Positions 36,961-48,210 of a stretch of DNA of 64,000 nucleotides are shown here, one piece after another. The stretch comes from Macrostomum lignano (Eukaryota): positions 186,001 through 250,000 of the forward strand of contig NIVC01001134.1 in the NCBI GenBank assembly GCA_002269645.1, given 5' to 3'. Below the pieces are notes generated by a model, which searched no databases, was not told the origin of the DNA, and was given only the letters and a program-made list of their open reading frames with translations. The translations under genes and the position numbers were made by a program. Numbering within the stretch: the stretch's first letter is position 1; every line of letters begins with the position of its first letter.

Positions 36961-37719
36961 TTTAGAATATTTTTATTAAAGTTCGTTCGATACTATATAC
37001 TAAATTTTTAACTAAATATTTGCATGTATGTTTAGCATGCATGCAAGGACCACTAAAGTGGACTGCAGTGGTCCTTGTATACATATGTAGCTAACTTGAT
37101 CTTAAAGAGATACACAAAAATGCATTTAACTGAGAAAAACAAGCCAACTTCACTGCAGCTCTCTGTAACTTTAACCTTCGGTCTCCTCCAAAATTCGTGA
37201 CGGAGTAGAGCCAACCTCACCAGACAGCAACAAAAGAAAGTACATCTAGTCAAGACACGGTTGCTATGAGGTTATTTTTATCTTCGAATTTTCTGATTAC
37301 TTTGCCCAGCTTAGTATAAACTCGAGATAAAAACCGATTAGCAATTGGTTAATCTGGATGCTGATGGTGAACCAAAAGAGATGCTGAGCTGTTAGAGAAG
37401 CAAAGAGTTGGTGTTTACCGTTTCCCTTCCAATGCCTCAAGCCTGTGTGCTCAGCAGGCTGCAATATTCAACACACCGGCTGGAAAGTACAAACCACGTG
37501 TAGATCCCCGGAAAAATACTGGGTCTGCTAAGGACAAGCCGGGGTGATTCGGGTTTTGTCAACAGAGTTGCACTGCAGGATGTGTTGAGTGTTGGCACTG
37601 CGTGTTTGACTTTGCCGCCTAAGATGGCGCTTGCGAATGGGCTGGCACTGGGAGGATTGGGAATGGAACTGAGAAGGAGATTTTAAAGAGAATTAATGAG
37701 AACAGAATGTGAGTTCAGC

Positions 37720-38250
37720 GGAGAATGTGTGAGTCAGGTAAGGAGTGTGTGAGTCAGTGGAGAGTGTGTGAGTCAGGGAAGGAGTGTGTGAGTCAGTTGA
37801 GAGTGTGTGAGTCAGGGAAGGAGTGTGTGAGTCAGTGGAGAATGTGTGAGTCAGGGAAGGAGTGTGTGAGTCAGTGGAGAATGTGTGAGTCAGGGAAGGA
37901 GTGTGTGAGTCAGGGAAGGAGTGTCTGAGTCAGTGGAGAATGTGTGAGTCAATGGAGAATGTGTGAGTCAGGTAAGGAGTGTGTGAGTCAGTGGAGAGTG
38001 TGTGAGTCAGGGAAGGAGTGTGTGAGTCAGTTGAGAGTGTGTGAGTCAGGGAAGGAGTGTGTGAGTCAGTGGAGAATGTGTGAGTCAGGGAAGGAGTGTG
38101 TGAGTCAGTGGAGAATGTGTGAGTCAGGGAAGGAGTGTGTGAGTCAGTGGAGAATGTGTGAGTCAGGGAAGGAGTGTGTGAGTCAGGGAAGGAGTGTGTG
38201 AGTCAGGAGAATTGCGTGAGTCAGGAGAATGGAGTGCGTGAGTCAGCTGC
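37720..38250. repeat. 19/20-bp alternating minisatellite; every unit contains TGAGTCA
   Basis: Units gtgtgtgagtcagggaagga and atgtgtgagtcagtggaga; about 27 TGAGTCA counted by eye. Confidence 0.95.
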
Positions 38251-38382
38251 TCGCGCCCAGTCAACGAGGGAATGTGCGTGTCAGGGAGGTCTGAGGCATT
38301 GAGTATTGAGTCTTGGGTCAAAAAAGAGCACCGGGTGCAATGAGGGTAGGGTGGTACAGTATGTAATATCAGACCATATTTT

Positions 38383-41300
38383 TTACAGAGTCAACTATTG
38401 CAATATTTGGCGGACGATAACAAAAACACGAGGGCTCAAAAGCCAGAATCAGTCGATATATATATTTTAATATTAGGCATGCACAAAGTACGTGCGTACA
38501 TTACAATCGATAAATTAAAAGGCAACTTGAGCGTGCCCCCAACCCCCCCAGCGCAGGCCAACCCCAAAACCGCAAATGCAAACTCTCAATATCAAGTCAT
38601 CACATCCCTTCGCACTTAAGTATGAAAGTAAGATTAACAAAAATTAACACTATTAGTAATAATTAAAAAAAATATTGAAGCGAGCAACACAACAAGGGTA
38701 CTAAAATCGAGTTCATCAACAACAGTTACTTCAGCTGTAAGTCAGTCGCTCAGGTGCAGCGCACTTCCTCATCGAACGGCGAAGCTGCGGCATGGCGTCA
38801 GGCTCCGCCGCAGCCTCAGTAGCAACGCCGTCAGCAAAAACTTCGGATGCGCCCTTCGGCACCGCATCGCACTGCGGCACCGCTGCCGCTGGTACCGCTG
38901 GCTCGGTCGGAAGCTGACTGACCGCGGCCGGCTTGCGCACCTGGTCCACGTGCCTGTGTGCGTCTCTGCCGTCATCGAACCGGCACGTGAAGTCGGCCGC
39001 ACCAGAACTGTCCGTGACTGTCGCCGGTCTCCAGCGTCCGTCTCTCGCGAAGTCTCGCGCCAGCACCGAGTCGTCGACATTAATGCGGCGGTCGTGCGCG
39101 TGGGCATCGTGCTGCTCCTTCTGCAGTGCCTGCTGGACGGCCACCCGGGCGGGCAGGTCAGGGCGGACTCGGTCGAGCAACGATTTCAGCCTCCGCCCCA
39201 TCAGCAGCTCGCAGGGAGCCGTCCCGGTAGTCGCATGCGGCGTGACTCGGTACGTCAGGAGGAACCGGGAGACTCGCTCTTCCAGAGAGCCGCTTCGCTG
39301 CTTGGCCAGCGCACGCTTCAGAGTCTGAACTGCTCGCTCTGCTTGGCCGTTGGACGCCGGGTGGTACGGAGCCGTGCGCACGTGCCGGATGCCGTTCTTG
39401 CTCAGGAATGTCTCCATCTCCGCGCTGACCAGGTTCGGACCGTTGTCGGAGACGATCACGTCCGGCAGACCGTGAGTTGCGAAGCTCGACCGCAGCTTCT
39501 CGATAGTCGCAGTCGACGACGTCGAAGGCATCACATGCACGTCCATCCACTTGGAGTGAGCGTCCACGATAACCAGCAACATCCGGCCCTGGACTGGTCC
39601 GGCGTAGTCAATGTGCAGGCGCGACCACGGCTTGTCCGGCCACGCCCACGGCTGCAGTGGAAACGGACCTGGCGACTTCTGCATCTCCTGGCACTCGGTG
39701 CACGCAGCGACCAGCCGCTCGATCGCCTTGTCCAGCTTGGGCCACCAGAAAACGCTTCGAGCCAGCGCCTTCATTCTCGTGGCGCCCTGGTGCCCCTGGT
39801 GCAGGCAGTGCAGCAGCGCCTCTCGACCGGCCTCGGGAACTACGACTCGGCAGCCCCAGAGCAGACAGCCGTCTTGGGTGCTCAGCTGGTCGGCTCGCGT
39901 GCAGTACGGCTGCAGCTCAGGCGGCGGCCGCTCTGGCCAGCAGCCGGTCTCAGTGAAACGCAGAACTCGGGACAAGTCCGGGTCTGTCCGAGTCCACGTC
40001 CGGATGTGCCGAGCCGTCACCGGTCCCTCGTCCAGGAAGTCCATGAGTAGGACGACTTCAGCTGGAGTTGGCGCTTCCTTCGGCTTCTCCGGCAGCGGCA
40101 GCCGACTCAGCGCATCGGCTCGAAGCAGCGACTTGCCCGCTCGGTGGACCATGGAGTACTGGTAGCCGGCCAGGAGCAGCGCCCACCGCTGGATTCTGCC
40201 AGAAGCCAGTGCTGGTATCGGCTTGGACTGGTGCAGCAGACCGAGCAGCGGCTTGTGGTCGCTCACCAGCTTGAAGTCTCGCCCGAACAGGTACATGTGA
40301 AATTTCTTAACTCCGTAAATGACCGCGAGCGCCTCCTTCTCGAGCTGGGAGTATCGGGTCTCTGCTTCATGTAGCGTGCGAGAGGCGAAGGCGATCGGCC
40401 TATCGACTCCGTCGATTCGGTGGCTGATGACGGCGCCGATGCCATAAGGCGAGGCGTCGCACTCGAGCACCAGCGGCTTCTGACGGTCGAAATGCGCAAG
40501 CACCGGTGCCTGGCTGAGTAGCGACTTGCACCTGCGAAACGCCTCGTCCTGCACAGCGTCCCATCGCCAGGGGGCGCCCTTGTTCAGCAGCTGGTTCAGC
40601 GGCGCCAGTTCGGTTGACAGATTGGGCATGAACTTGCCGTAATAATTTACCAGCCCGAGGAAGCTGCGCAGCTGCGTCTGGTCGCGGGGCGGTGGCGCGT
40701 CCTGGATCGCCCGCACCTTGTCCTGGAGAGGGTGCAGCCCTTCGGCGTCGATTCGGTGCCCGAGGTAGCTGATGCTCTGCTGCATAAAGCTGCACTTACT
40801 CAGGCCGCACCGGAGGCCGCTCTGCTGCAGTCGCCGAAGGACCTGCTCCAGCGTCTTCAGGTGGCTGTCATCATCCACGCCGGTAACCAGCAGGTCGTCA
40901 ACAAAGCAGGTGACGTGGGGAATGCCCTGCAGGAGGCAGTCCATCTGGCGCTGGAAAATGCCGACAGCGGGAGCAACTCCGAACGGCAGTCTCGTGTACC
41001 GCAGCAGCCCCTTGCTGGTGTTGATGGTGCAGAGTTCTTGCGAGGCTTCGTCCAGAGGCAGCTGCGAGTACGCTTGCGACAAGTCAAGCTTAGTGAATTT
41101 CTTTCCGCAGGCCAGTTTCGCGAAGAGCTCCTCGATTCTCGGCACCGGGTACGTGTCGGGCTCGACGTCGAGGTTCACCGTTTGTTTAAAATCAGCGCAT
41201 ATGCGGACCGAGCCATCTGTCTTTAAAACGGGTACGATCGGAGACGCGTAGTCCGAGCTGCTCACCGGCTTCAGCACTCCCTGTTCGATCTCTTTTTCGA

Positions 41301-42906
41301 GTTGCGCCTCGACCTTCTCCTTCAGCGCAAGCGGGACGTTCCTGGCCTTGAAGAACCTCGGCCGCGCTGAGGCTTTCAGCTGCAGCCGAACCGCGGGCCC
41401 CGTGTACCGACCAAGGCCCGGCTCGAAGACTTCGGCGTACTTGTCCAGCAGGCTCTTGAGTCCTGGTTGCCCTGACGGATGCTGTTGCACCTGCTTGATG
41501 TCTCGCCAGTCCAGCGGAAGTTCGGCCAGCCAGTTGCGGCCAACCAGATTCGAGCCGGCACCATCGATCACGAGCAGCGGCAGCACCTTGCTGGCGATCT
41601 CGGTCTGCGCGCGAACTCGAAGTTGGCCGAGAACGGGCACCAGCTCTCCGGAGTACGTCCGCAGCTGCGTGTTGACTCGCTCGAGTCTGGGACGCCCTCG
41701 TAGTACTTCGTTGTAGGTCTTCGCAGAGATGAGTGACACAGACGCCCCAGTATCGACCTCCATGCAGACTGGCGTGCCGTCGATGTCGATGGTGGTCTTA
41801 ATTGGCGGAATCTTGCCGCCTACGGCGGCGGCCATCACGTGCAGCGAGAAAGCCTCCTCATCTGCCTCCTCCGCCTGCAGCTCTTGGACGGTCGAGTCGA
41901 CGCGACGATTAGAAGCTCGCTGCGGCCCCGCCGATCTCTCGTCCCGCTGAGCAGGCGGCGCTGCCTTGCACGCAGCAGCGATGTGTCCGGTTTTCGAGCA
42001 TGCGTAGCACTTACTATTGATGAACGGGCACTTTGCAGCCAGGTGGCGCTGGGACAGGCATCGATAGCAACGCTTCGCTGGCGGCCTGCTGGCCGCCTCC
42101 CGCCGGGCAGAATGGTGAAGAGCGTGCACCATGTCAGAGCCGGCGCCTTTAGCCACCAGCAGGTTGCCTTGAGCGGCTGATTCGTGGGCCTGCGCCAGCG
42201 ACAGCGCCGTGTCCAGTGAGAGCTCCTTCTCTGTGAAGAGCCTCCGCTGAATGGAATCATCACTGATCCCCAGGACCAGTCGGTCCCTGAGCATGCTGCT
42301 GAGGCCAACGCCGAAATTGCAGTCCCGAGCTAGCTTACGCAGCTCAGCCAGGAACTCTGCCACCGACTCGCCTGCCTGACGGCTTCTGCTGTAGAACCTG
42401 AATCGCCGTACAATCTCTGGTGGGGTTGGATCAAAATGCTCCTTCAGCTTAGCACAGATGGCGTCGTAGGTCGTGTCCTTCGGCAGAGCCGGTGACAGCA
42501 GGTTTGATATCAGCTGGTAGGTGTCCCTGCCACAGATGCTCAGCAGCACGGCTCGTCTCTTTTCATTGCTGATTTCATTTGCTGTGAAAAACTGTTCTAA
42601 GCGCTCCTGGTACTGCTGCCAGGTCTCAGTGCCCTCTTCAAAGGGTCCTATTGAGCCTATAAGACTCATTCCTCGTCGCCACTTTGACAGAGTCAACTAT
42701 TGCAATATTTGGCGGACGATAACAAAAACACGAGGGCTCAAAAGCCAGAATCAGTCGATATATATATTTTAATATTAGGCATGCACAAAGTACGTGCGTA
42801 CATTACAATCGATAAATTAAAAGGCAACTTGAGCGTGCCCCCAACCCCCCCAGCGCAGGCCAACCCCAAAACCGCAAATGCAAACTCTCAATATCAAGTC
42901 ATCACA
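38383..42906 (-). mobile_element. Ty3/Gypsy LTR retrotransposon (Mag-like), full length
   Basis: 222-bp LTRs at 42685-42906 (5') and 38383-38604 (3'), identical by eye except at the outer terminus. PBS TGGCGACGAGG directly after the 5' LTR. Short purine tract gcgaaggga before the 3' LTR. Probable TSD ATATT (38376-38380 and 42907-42911). Confidence 0.95.
38731..42669 (-). CDS. Gag-Pol polyprotein in a single open frame (~1312 aa)
   Basis: ATG immediately after the PBS. Two zinc knuckles (CYRCLSQRHLAAKC, CYACSKTGHIAAAC). Protease EVDTGAS. RT KLDLSQAY, RLPFG, FVDD. RNase H CDASPYGIG. Integrase HQGH..CTEC, LHIDY, SDNG, SNGQAERAVQ. Domain order PR-RT-RH-IN is Gypsy-type. Confidence 0.95.
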   Translation of the reverse strand: MSLIGSIGPFEEGTETWQQYQERLEQFFTANEISNEKRRAVLLSICGRDTYQLISNLLSPALPKDTTYDAICAKLKEHFDPTPPEIVRRFRFYSRSRQAGESVAEFLAELRKLARDCNFGVGLSSMLRDRLVLGISDDSIQRRLFTEKELSLDTALSLAQAHESAAQGNLLVAKGAGSDMVHALHHSARREAASRPPAKRCYRCLSQRHLAAKCPFINSKCYACSKTGHIAAACKAAPPAQRDERSAGPQRASNRRVDSTVQELQAEEADEEAFSLHVMAAAVGGKIPPIKTTIDIDGTPVCMEVDTGASVSLISAKTYNEVLRGRPRLERVNTQLRTYSGELVPVLGQLRVRAQTEIASKVLPLLVIDGAGSNLVGRNWLAELPLDWRDIKQVQQHPSGQPGLKSLLDKYAEVFEPGLGRYTGPAVRLQLKASARPRFFKARNVPLALKEKVEAQLEKEIEQGVLKPVSSSDYASPIVPVLKTDGSVRICADFKQTVNLDVEPDTYPVPRIEELFAKLACGKKFTKLDLSQAYSQLPLDEASQELCTINTSKGLLRYTRLPFGVAPAVGIFQRQMDCLLQGIPHVTCFVDDLLVTGVDDDSHLKTLEQVLRRLQQSGLRCGLSKCSFMQQSISYLGHRIDAEGLHPLQDKVRAIQDAPPPRDQTQLRSFLGLVNYYGKFMPNLSTELAPLNQLLNKGAPWRWDAVQDEAFRRCKSLLSQAPVLAHFDRQKPLVLECDASPYGIGAVISHRIDGVDRPIAFASRTLHEAETRYSQLEKEALAVIYGVKKFHMYLFGRDFKLVSDHKPLLGLLHQSKPIPALASGRIQRWALLLAGYQYSMVHRAGKSLLRADALSRLPLPEKPKEAPTPAEVVLLMDFLDEGPVTARHIRTWTRTDPDLSRVLRFTETGCWPERPPPELQPYCTRADQLSTQDGCLLWGCRVVVPEAGREALLHCLHQGHQGATRMKALARSVFWWPKLDKAIERLVAACTECQEMQKSPGPFPLQPWAWPDKPWSRLHIDYAGPVQGRMLLVIVDAHSKWMDVHVMPSTSSTATIEKLRSSFATHGLPDVIVSDNGPNLVSAEMETFLSKNGIRHVRTAPYHPASNGQAERAVQTLKRALAKQRSGSLEERVSRFLLTYRVTPHATTGTAPCELLMGRRLKSLLDRVRPDLPARVAVQQALQKEQHDAHAHDRRINVDDSVLARDFARDGRWRPATVTDSSGAADFTCRFDDGRDAHRHVDQVRKPAAVSQLPTEPAVPAAAVPQCDAVPKGASEVFADGVATEAAAEPDAMPQLRRSMRKCAAPERLTYS

Positions 42907-43364
42907 ATATTCTTGTTAATCAATGAATTCAGGTACATGTAATATCAAGATTTTATTCAATCAGCAGTTTGCCCCGGAGCTGCCAAAATGTACTTTAACA
43001 TTTGCATGGGCCCGCCTGTGCGCGCCTGCTATCTCGCTTACACAAATAACCCGCTTTTAGCTTCCCTAGCCGAAGCAGTTAATGGAAAGCGACAAGACCC
43101 GCGGTATCTGCGTCTGCTTTTAACATCTTCTGCCTAACCAGTGCCATGCACTGCCAGAATATCTTTTAGCAACTCCCTTTTTTCTGCTCCCCCAGCTCGA
43201 ATTCTGTGGCAGCTGGCAGTCCTACATGCCGCCGGGGGCAACTGGAGCTCCTGCGGCAGCCGTGGTCCTGTGCTCGAGCCCAGTCCGGCTCCCATCCCGA
43301 CGCGGCTAGTCAGCATTTGTGAGATTCGAAATATTGACTAATCTTGATATTGGCTAGGATGGAG

Positions 43365-43540
43365 GAGGGGGCGGGTGCGGAGTGAGGTGGGTGCGGAGTG
43401 AGGTGGGTGCGGAGCGAGGTGGATGCGGAGTGAGGTGGGTGCGGAGTGAGGTGGGTGCGGAGTGAGGTGGGTGCGGAGTGAGGTGGGTGCGGAGTGAGGT
43501 GGGTGCGGAGTGAGGTGGGTGCGGAGTGGGGTGGGTGCAG
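43365..43540. repeat. 16-bp G-rich minisatellite (gtgcggagtgaggtgg)
   Basis: About 10 units. Confidence 0.9.
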
Positions 43541-43826
43541 ATGGGGTTATTTTATTGTTTAGTTAAGGAGGAATTGGATAGACGCTTTGGTTTAGGTAGA
43601 GTTTAGGTGGGATCAGTATAAAATGTAGCTGCTCTGCTTCTCTTCAACTCTTTTTGGCAAGTGCTAAAGCTTTTGTCACCTGGAAGACACGAGAAGAATG
43701 CAAGACTGAAGACAATGTACCTCATTTTTTCTGATTAAATAAGCGGGAGCTCAGCCAGGTGAAAAATCCACAAATTCTTGTCGCTCTTCAACATCAGCGC
43801 GCCTTCATTCCACTTAATGAAATTCA

Positions 43827-45919
43827 ATGCAATCACAAGTGCCCTCTCAGCAAATGGCTGTTGCTATGCTGGGAAAAAGTTACAAAATTCCTCCGCCTCT
43901 TCAATGCAGCGACTTTTCCGCCTTCTGCGCCCACTGCGACGAGAGAATCGTGGACGCCCTGGAGACCACGCCGGTCTGCAAGGGGCGCCGCTACCATGCG
44001 GGCTGCTTTGCGTGAGTTTCCGATTGGCGGATCTGATGATGCAGAAGCAACATTGTTCTCTGCTTTTGCAAACAAAATTGCTGGCAACTGCTTTCGCAGA
44101 TCTGTATATCTAACCTGTTGCATTGCTTACACCTAATCTTTATCTCTTTTCATTCTCTCTCACCTGAGATTCCACACCTAACCCATTTTCCTACCTTATC
44201 CTCCCATCTGAGACGCCACACCTAACCCATATCCCACTTAATCCCCTCTCACCTGAGACCCCACACCTAACCCATACCCCACCTGATCCTCCCACCTGAG
44301 ACCCCACACCTAACCAATATCCCACTTAATCCTCTCTCACCTGAGACGCCACACTTAACCAATATCCCACTTAATCCTCTCTCACCTGAGATCCCACACC
44401 TAACCCATATCTCTATTTTTTCTCTCTCTCACCTGAGATCCCACACGTAGCCCATATCGCTCTTTATTCTCTCTCTCATCTGAGATCCCACATCTAACCC
44501 GTATCCCACCTTATCTTCTCACCTGAGACCACACACCTAACCCATATTCTACTCATACTTCATTCTCTCTCATCTGAGACCCTACACCTACCTATACCCC
44601 ACCAAACATAAGACCTAGCAAAACCACAACATTTCCTAACTACCTCATTTCCCCCACCTCAGACCCCAGCTCTTCCCCAAACATCTTAGATCTTCATCAG
44701 TCATAAACATTACGAGCTCACTTATTGTGTTTCACCGAAACCACCCACAGATGCAGCCGGTGTCTTCAGCCGTTGGACGAAAACAATTATATCGAGGTAG
44801 AACTGCTCCTACATAATCATTGATTGCGCAAATGAAAAAGGTCAAATGCGTTAACAGTTCATTTTTCGCATATATTTTCAGGTTGACGGCTTTCGGTATT
44901 GCAGTTACGACTACGCAAAATTGTTTAAATCTTTCTGCTGTAGCAGATGCGGTGAGATAAGTGCATTTGTACTTTTACACAGTATACGGGTACTGTTGCC
45001 ATTCAGTTGTACTCTTTGGTGTGGCCAACGATTTATAGAAGCTGCTGTCATAGAGTGGGTTCTGATTAGGTAATGGGTTCCGATTGGGTAGTGGGTTCCG
45101 ATTGGGTAGTGGGTTCCGATTGGGTAGTGGGTTCCGATTGGGTAGTGGGTTCCGATTGGGTAGTGGGTTCCGATTGGGTAGAGTGGGTTCCGATTGGGTA
45201 GAGTGGGTTCTGATAGGGTAGAATGGGTTCTGATTGGGTAGAGTGGGTTCCGATTGGGTAGAGTGGGTTCTGATAGGGTAGAATGGGTTCTGATTGGGTA
45301 GAGCAGGTTCTGATTGGGTAGAGCAGGTTCTGATTGGGTAGAGCAGGTTCTGATTGGGTAGAGCAGGTTTTAATTGGGTAGAGTGGGTTCTGATAGAGTA
45401 GAGTGGGTTCTGATTGGGTAGAGTGGGTTCTGATTGGGTAGAGTGGGTTCTGATTGGGTAGAGTGTGTAGACTGTAGAGACTAACGACTACCAAAAGTGC
45501 AGTTCCCGCCAAAGGTTTACAAAGTCACTCGCCGTTCCGATGACAAAATCGCAGGCTCTGCGGTGCCAGACCATCCGGCAGCGGCTGTTCACCTGTGGCG
45601 CACTGTCTGGCACCGCAGCTGCGCCAGATGCGACGTCTGCGGAGCGACCGTCGATTCCGACACGGCTAGCGCACAGCTGCCCGGCCTGTGTCGGCAATGC
45701 GACTGCAAAACCGCATGCGCGGCAGATGAAGGACGAGATTCCCAGAAAGCAAATTTATGCAGTCCAGCAGCTGATGCTGATGCATCAGTAGGCCGTGTGA
45801 TTGCCACAACCGGAAGTGCAGCAGCCGTGAAAAATTGGCGACAATGGCGAATGGCTAAACTGGCTCGCAACCTGTGCTGCTGTGCTGCTGCAGCTCATGC
45901 AGATTCGATTAGGAAATAA
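43827..45919 (+). CDS. Two-LIM-domain protein (~221 aa); exons 43827-44011, 44751-44796, 44882-44951, 45555-45919
   Basis: Splicing gives LIM1 C-x2-C-x19-H-x2-C-x2-C-x2-C-x17-C-x2-D and LIM2 C-x2-C-x19-H-x2-C-x2-C-x2-C-x16-C-x2-C. Junctions are GT-AG and in frame (666 nt). The start codon is uncertain. Confidence 0.8.
44140..44640. repeat. Degenerate ~40-bp repeat (ctcacctgagacccacacctaacccatatccc) in LIM intron 1
   Basis: About 10 diverged units. Confidence 0.8.
45060..45470. repeat. 18-20-bp minisatellite (gtgggttctgattgggtaga) in LIM intron 3
   Basis: Direct tandem units. Confidence 0.9.
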
Positions 45920-46339
45920 TTCCACTAGTTTAAGTGTTACCTATGTGAACTTGATAGTTACAGTTTCATGTACATGCATGTACATGTGTTATGCGTGTGT
46001 ACTGTATCTTACATATGCTCGTATGTACATGTAAATGGCAGTATAAAAATATATCAGGTTCAATAAATAATCAGTGCACACGAAGCATTGATTAGAAACA
46101 TAGAAATGTACATCTGTAGATCTTGACGCTGGTCTCCGCTGAGAAATTACACTACGGAGATAGGAAGTTTACATATTTTCAGCACAAAAATTGTTATTGC
46201 TTTCGATAGGAGGCAGGCAGACCCAATGTTCATATTTTGATATGTTGTGCCTTTCTTATAGCTCTATTGATATGTGTGGGCCCTTATGGCTACGGGCGTG
46301 ACGCCTGTCCTGTTTACAGCTTGAGGTTGCGATAGAATG

Positions 46340-46600
46340 ACGAGAGCGTCGGGACAGAGGCCCTGTACGATCGGGCCAAGCTGCAGCGCCGTCCATCATC
46401 CTGCGCCGGCGGCGACTTCAACTGGCGGGCCACGTGATCCGGGCCGAGGGCTACTGCCCCCAACCTGTTCAGGACGTCCTGCTGCTTCAGGCAGGGTCAG
46501 GCCCAAGCCTGCCGATACGTTCAACGCCGTGGCGCCCGACACTGCCAACGGGGCGGAATTCGTCCGGTCTCAGGCTCTGCGGCGCGCCTCGCGACGTCCT
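46340..46600 (+). mobile_element. Degenerate 3' fragment of an RTE-like LINE
   Basis: Frameshifted translation TEALYDRAKL...SIILRRRRLQLAGHVIRAEGYCPQP, typical of the region after RT in RTE-like ORF2. Confidence 0.6.
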
Positions 46601-47289
46601 GCCCCCAGTCAGAAAAAATTACGAGTAAATAACAAAGAGCTTTGGGTATCCAGCGTCAGCTAATCAAGCAAAAAGCTCCCCTAGTGAGGATGAGCAGATA
46701 ACCTGATGGAACCCTCGACAAGAAGGTGAGGTTCACGAACAGCCTCCCAGGTCACCTGCTGTGGTTTGTGTAACGCAGCTTCAGACCCACCAGAATTGGT
46801 TTTCGAAGTCATTGAAGCTGACTGTCGCTGAAGAGAACAAGAACTTGCTCTAAGAGAACGCATAGCTACTGTACAAGTGGCCAGAAAAGCATTTATCGTA
46901 TGGCTTGTGCAAAAAGGGTCTTCGAATACGACGTATCTCCGAGTCTAAAAATCACTTTTAAAAAGAGATTCAGAAATTACCTAGCTGTTTCGTGTCAGTA
47001 CTAAAATAACATAAAATGAGTCGAAATTCAACAATTCCAGAAAGATCATGTAACAATTGTTCTTTTTTTCGCTGACAAGTGAATATTAAAAACAAAATTA
47101 CAGGAATTTTTACATTAACCCCATCAGCTCAAACTTTGATTAAAACTACTGATTTTTGCTAGAAATCGTCGTCCAAATTTTGAATTTTTTACGATTCAAG
47201 CTATTTTTCGCTGAGGTTTTTGGCTGTTTCGTCTGTTTTATGAGCATCGACTCTACCTCCAGGCTAAAACGCACAGTGAGTAATGTCAA

Positions 47290-47500
47290 TTCTGCCTCAA
47301 GTTTTAAGAATGCGGAGCACTTCATCTGTGAATGCCGAGCCTTACTTGGGACAGGCTTACCTTACGAGCGTACATGAACTTCGGCCCAAACCCGGACCTC
47401 TCGGACGTTTTCAGGCCCGAGAATCTCTGCCAGCTCGTCCGTTACCTAAGGGCTGCCGGGCGAACGAACATCCACCTCCTGGACTCTCCGGAGGTGAGGA
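47290..47500 (+). mobile_element. 3' fragment of an R1/LOA-like LINE (C-terminal knuckle region)
   Basis: [11 protein letters not shown]...[16 protein letters not shown] parallels [10 protein letters not shown]...[15 protein letters not shown] in the full-length LINE of this window. Confidence 0.55.
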
Positions 47501-47507
47501 AGTCCTG

Positions 47508-47757
47508 GCACCATCGGATCTCCCTGTGGCACCATCGGATCTCCCTGTGGCACCATCGGATCTCCCTGTGGCACCATCGGATCTCCCTGTGGCACCATCG
47601 GATCTCCCTGTGGCACCATCGGATCTCCCTGTGGCACCATCGGATCTCCCTGTGGCACCATCGGATCTCCCTGTGGCACCATCGGATCTCCCTGTGGCAC
47701 CATCGGATCTCCCTGTGGCACCATCGGATCTCCCTGTGGCACCATCGGATCTCCCCT
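47508..47757. repeat. 21-bp perfect minisatellite (ggcaccatcggatctccctgt)
   Basis: About 12 identical units. Confidence 0.95.
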
Positions 47758-48210
47758 GTGTGATACCGCAGCACTTACATTGAATATTCTGGGGCTGATC
47801 GATTGCGCCAGCAGGAAAAAAACTAATTTTCTCAATCAACTATTATAATTCGCAATTCTCGGAGCCAATAATATGCTTCATCTCTTGCACAAAAGTTTAT
47901 TTCTGAGTATTATTTCTAATGGCTTAATTAAATTCTGTTTACATACGGTAATATAAGTATACGCTCTTACGCTAATAATTTGTTCCGAGTAGAGAAAAAT
48001 ATAATCAAGAACATCATTTTAGTCATTTCTTCAATCAATCAGACAGTTAGAAAATAGTAATTTATATCTTCGGTTGTTCTAAACAGTAGTTTTCTGGTAT
48101 AAATACATGTATAAGCCAAAATAACATAGAGAGGTGTAAGTACGAGTATAGGAAAGTATAGATCATCAGAATGTTTTCGTAAGCTATTTAAATTGATATT
48201 AAAACTCTGA

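Noticed and set aside
38950-40050. 366-aa and other plus-strand ORFs within the Gypsy and LINE elements
   Set aside because: They are antisense shadows of GC-rich coding sequence with no recognisable motifs.
45498-45554. Upstream acceptor (AAAG|TG at 45497) for the last LIM exon
   Set aside because: It gives a 38-residue first loop. The acceptor at 45554 gives the canonical 19-residue LIM spacing.
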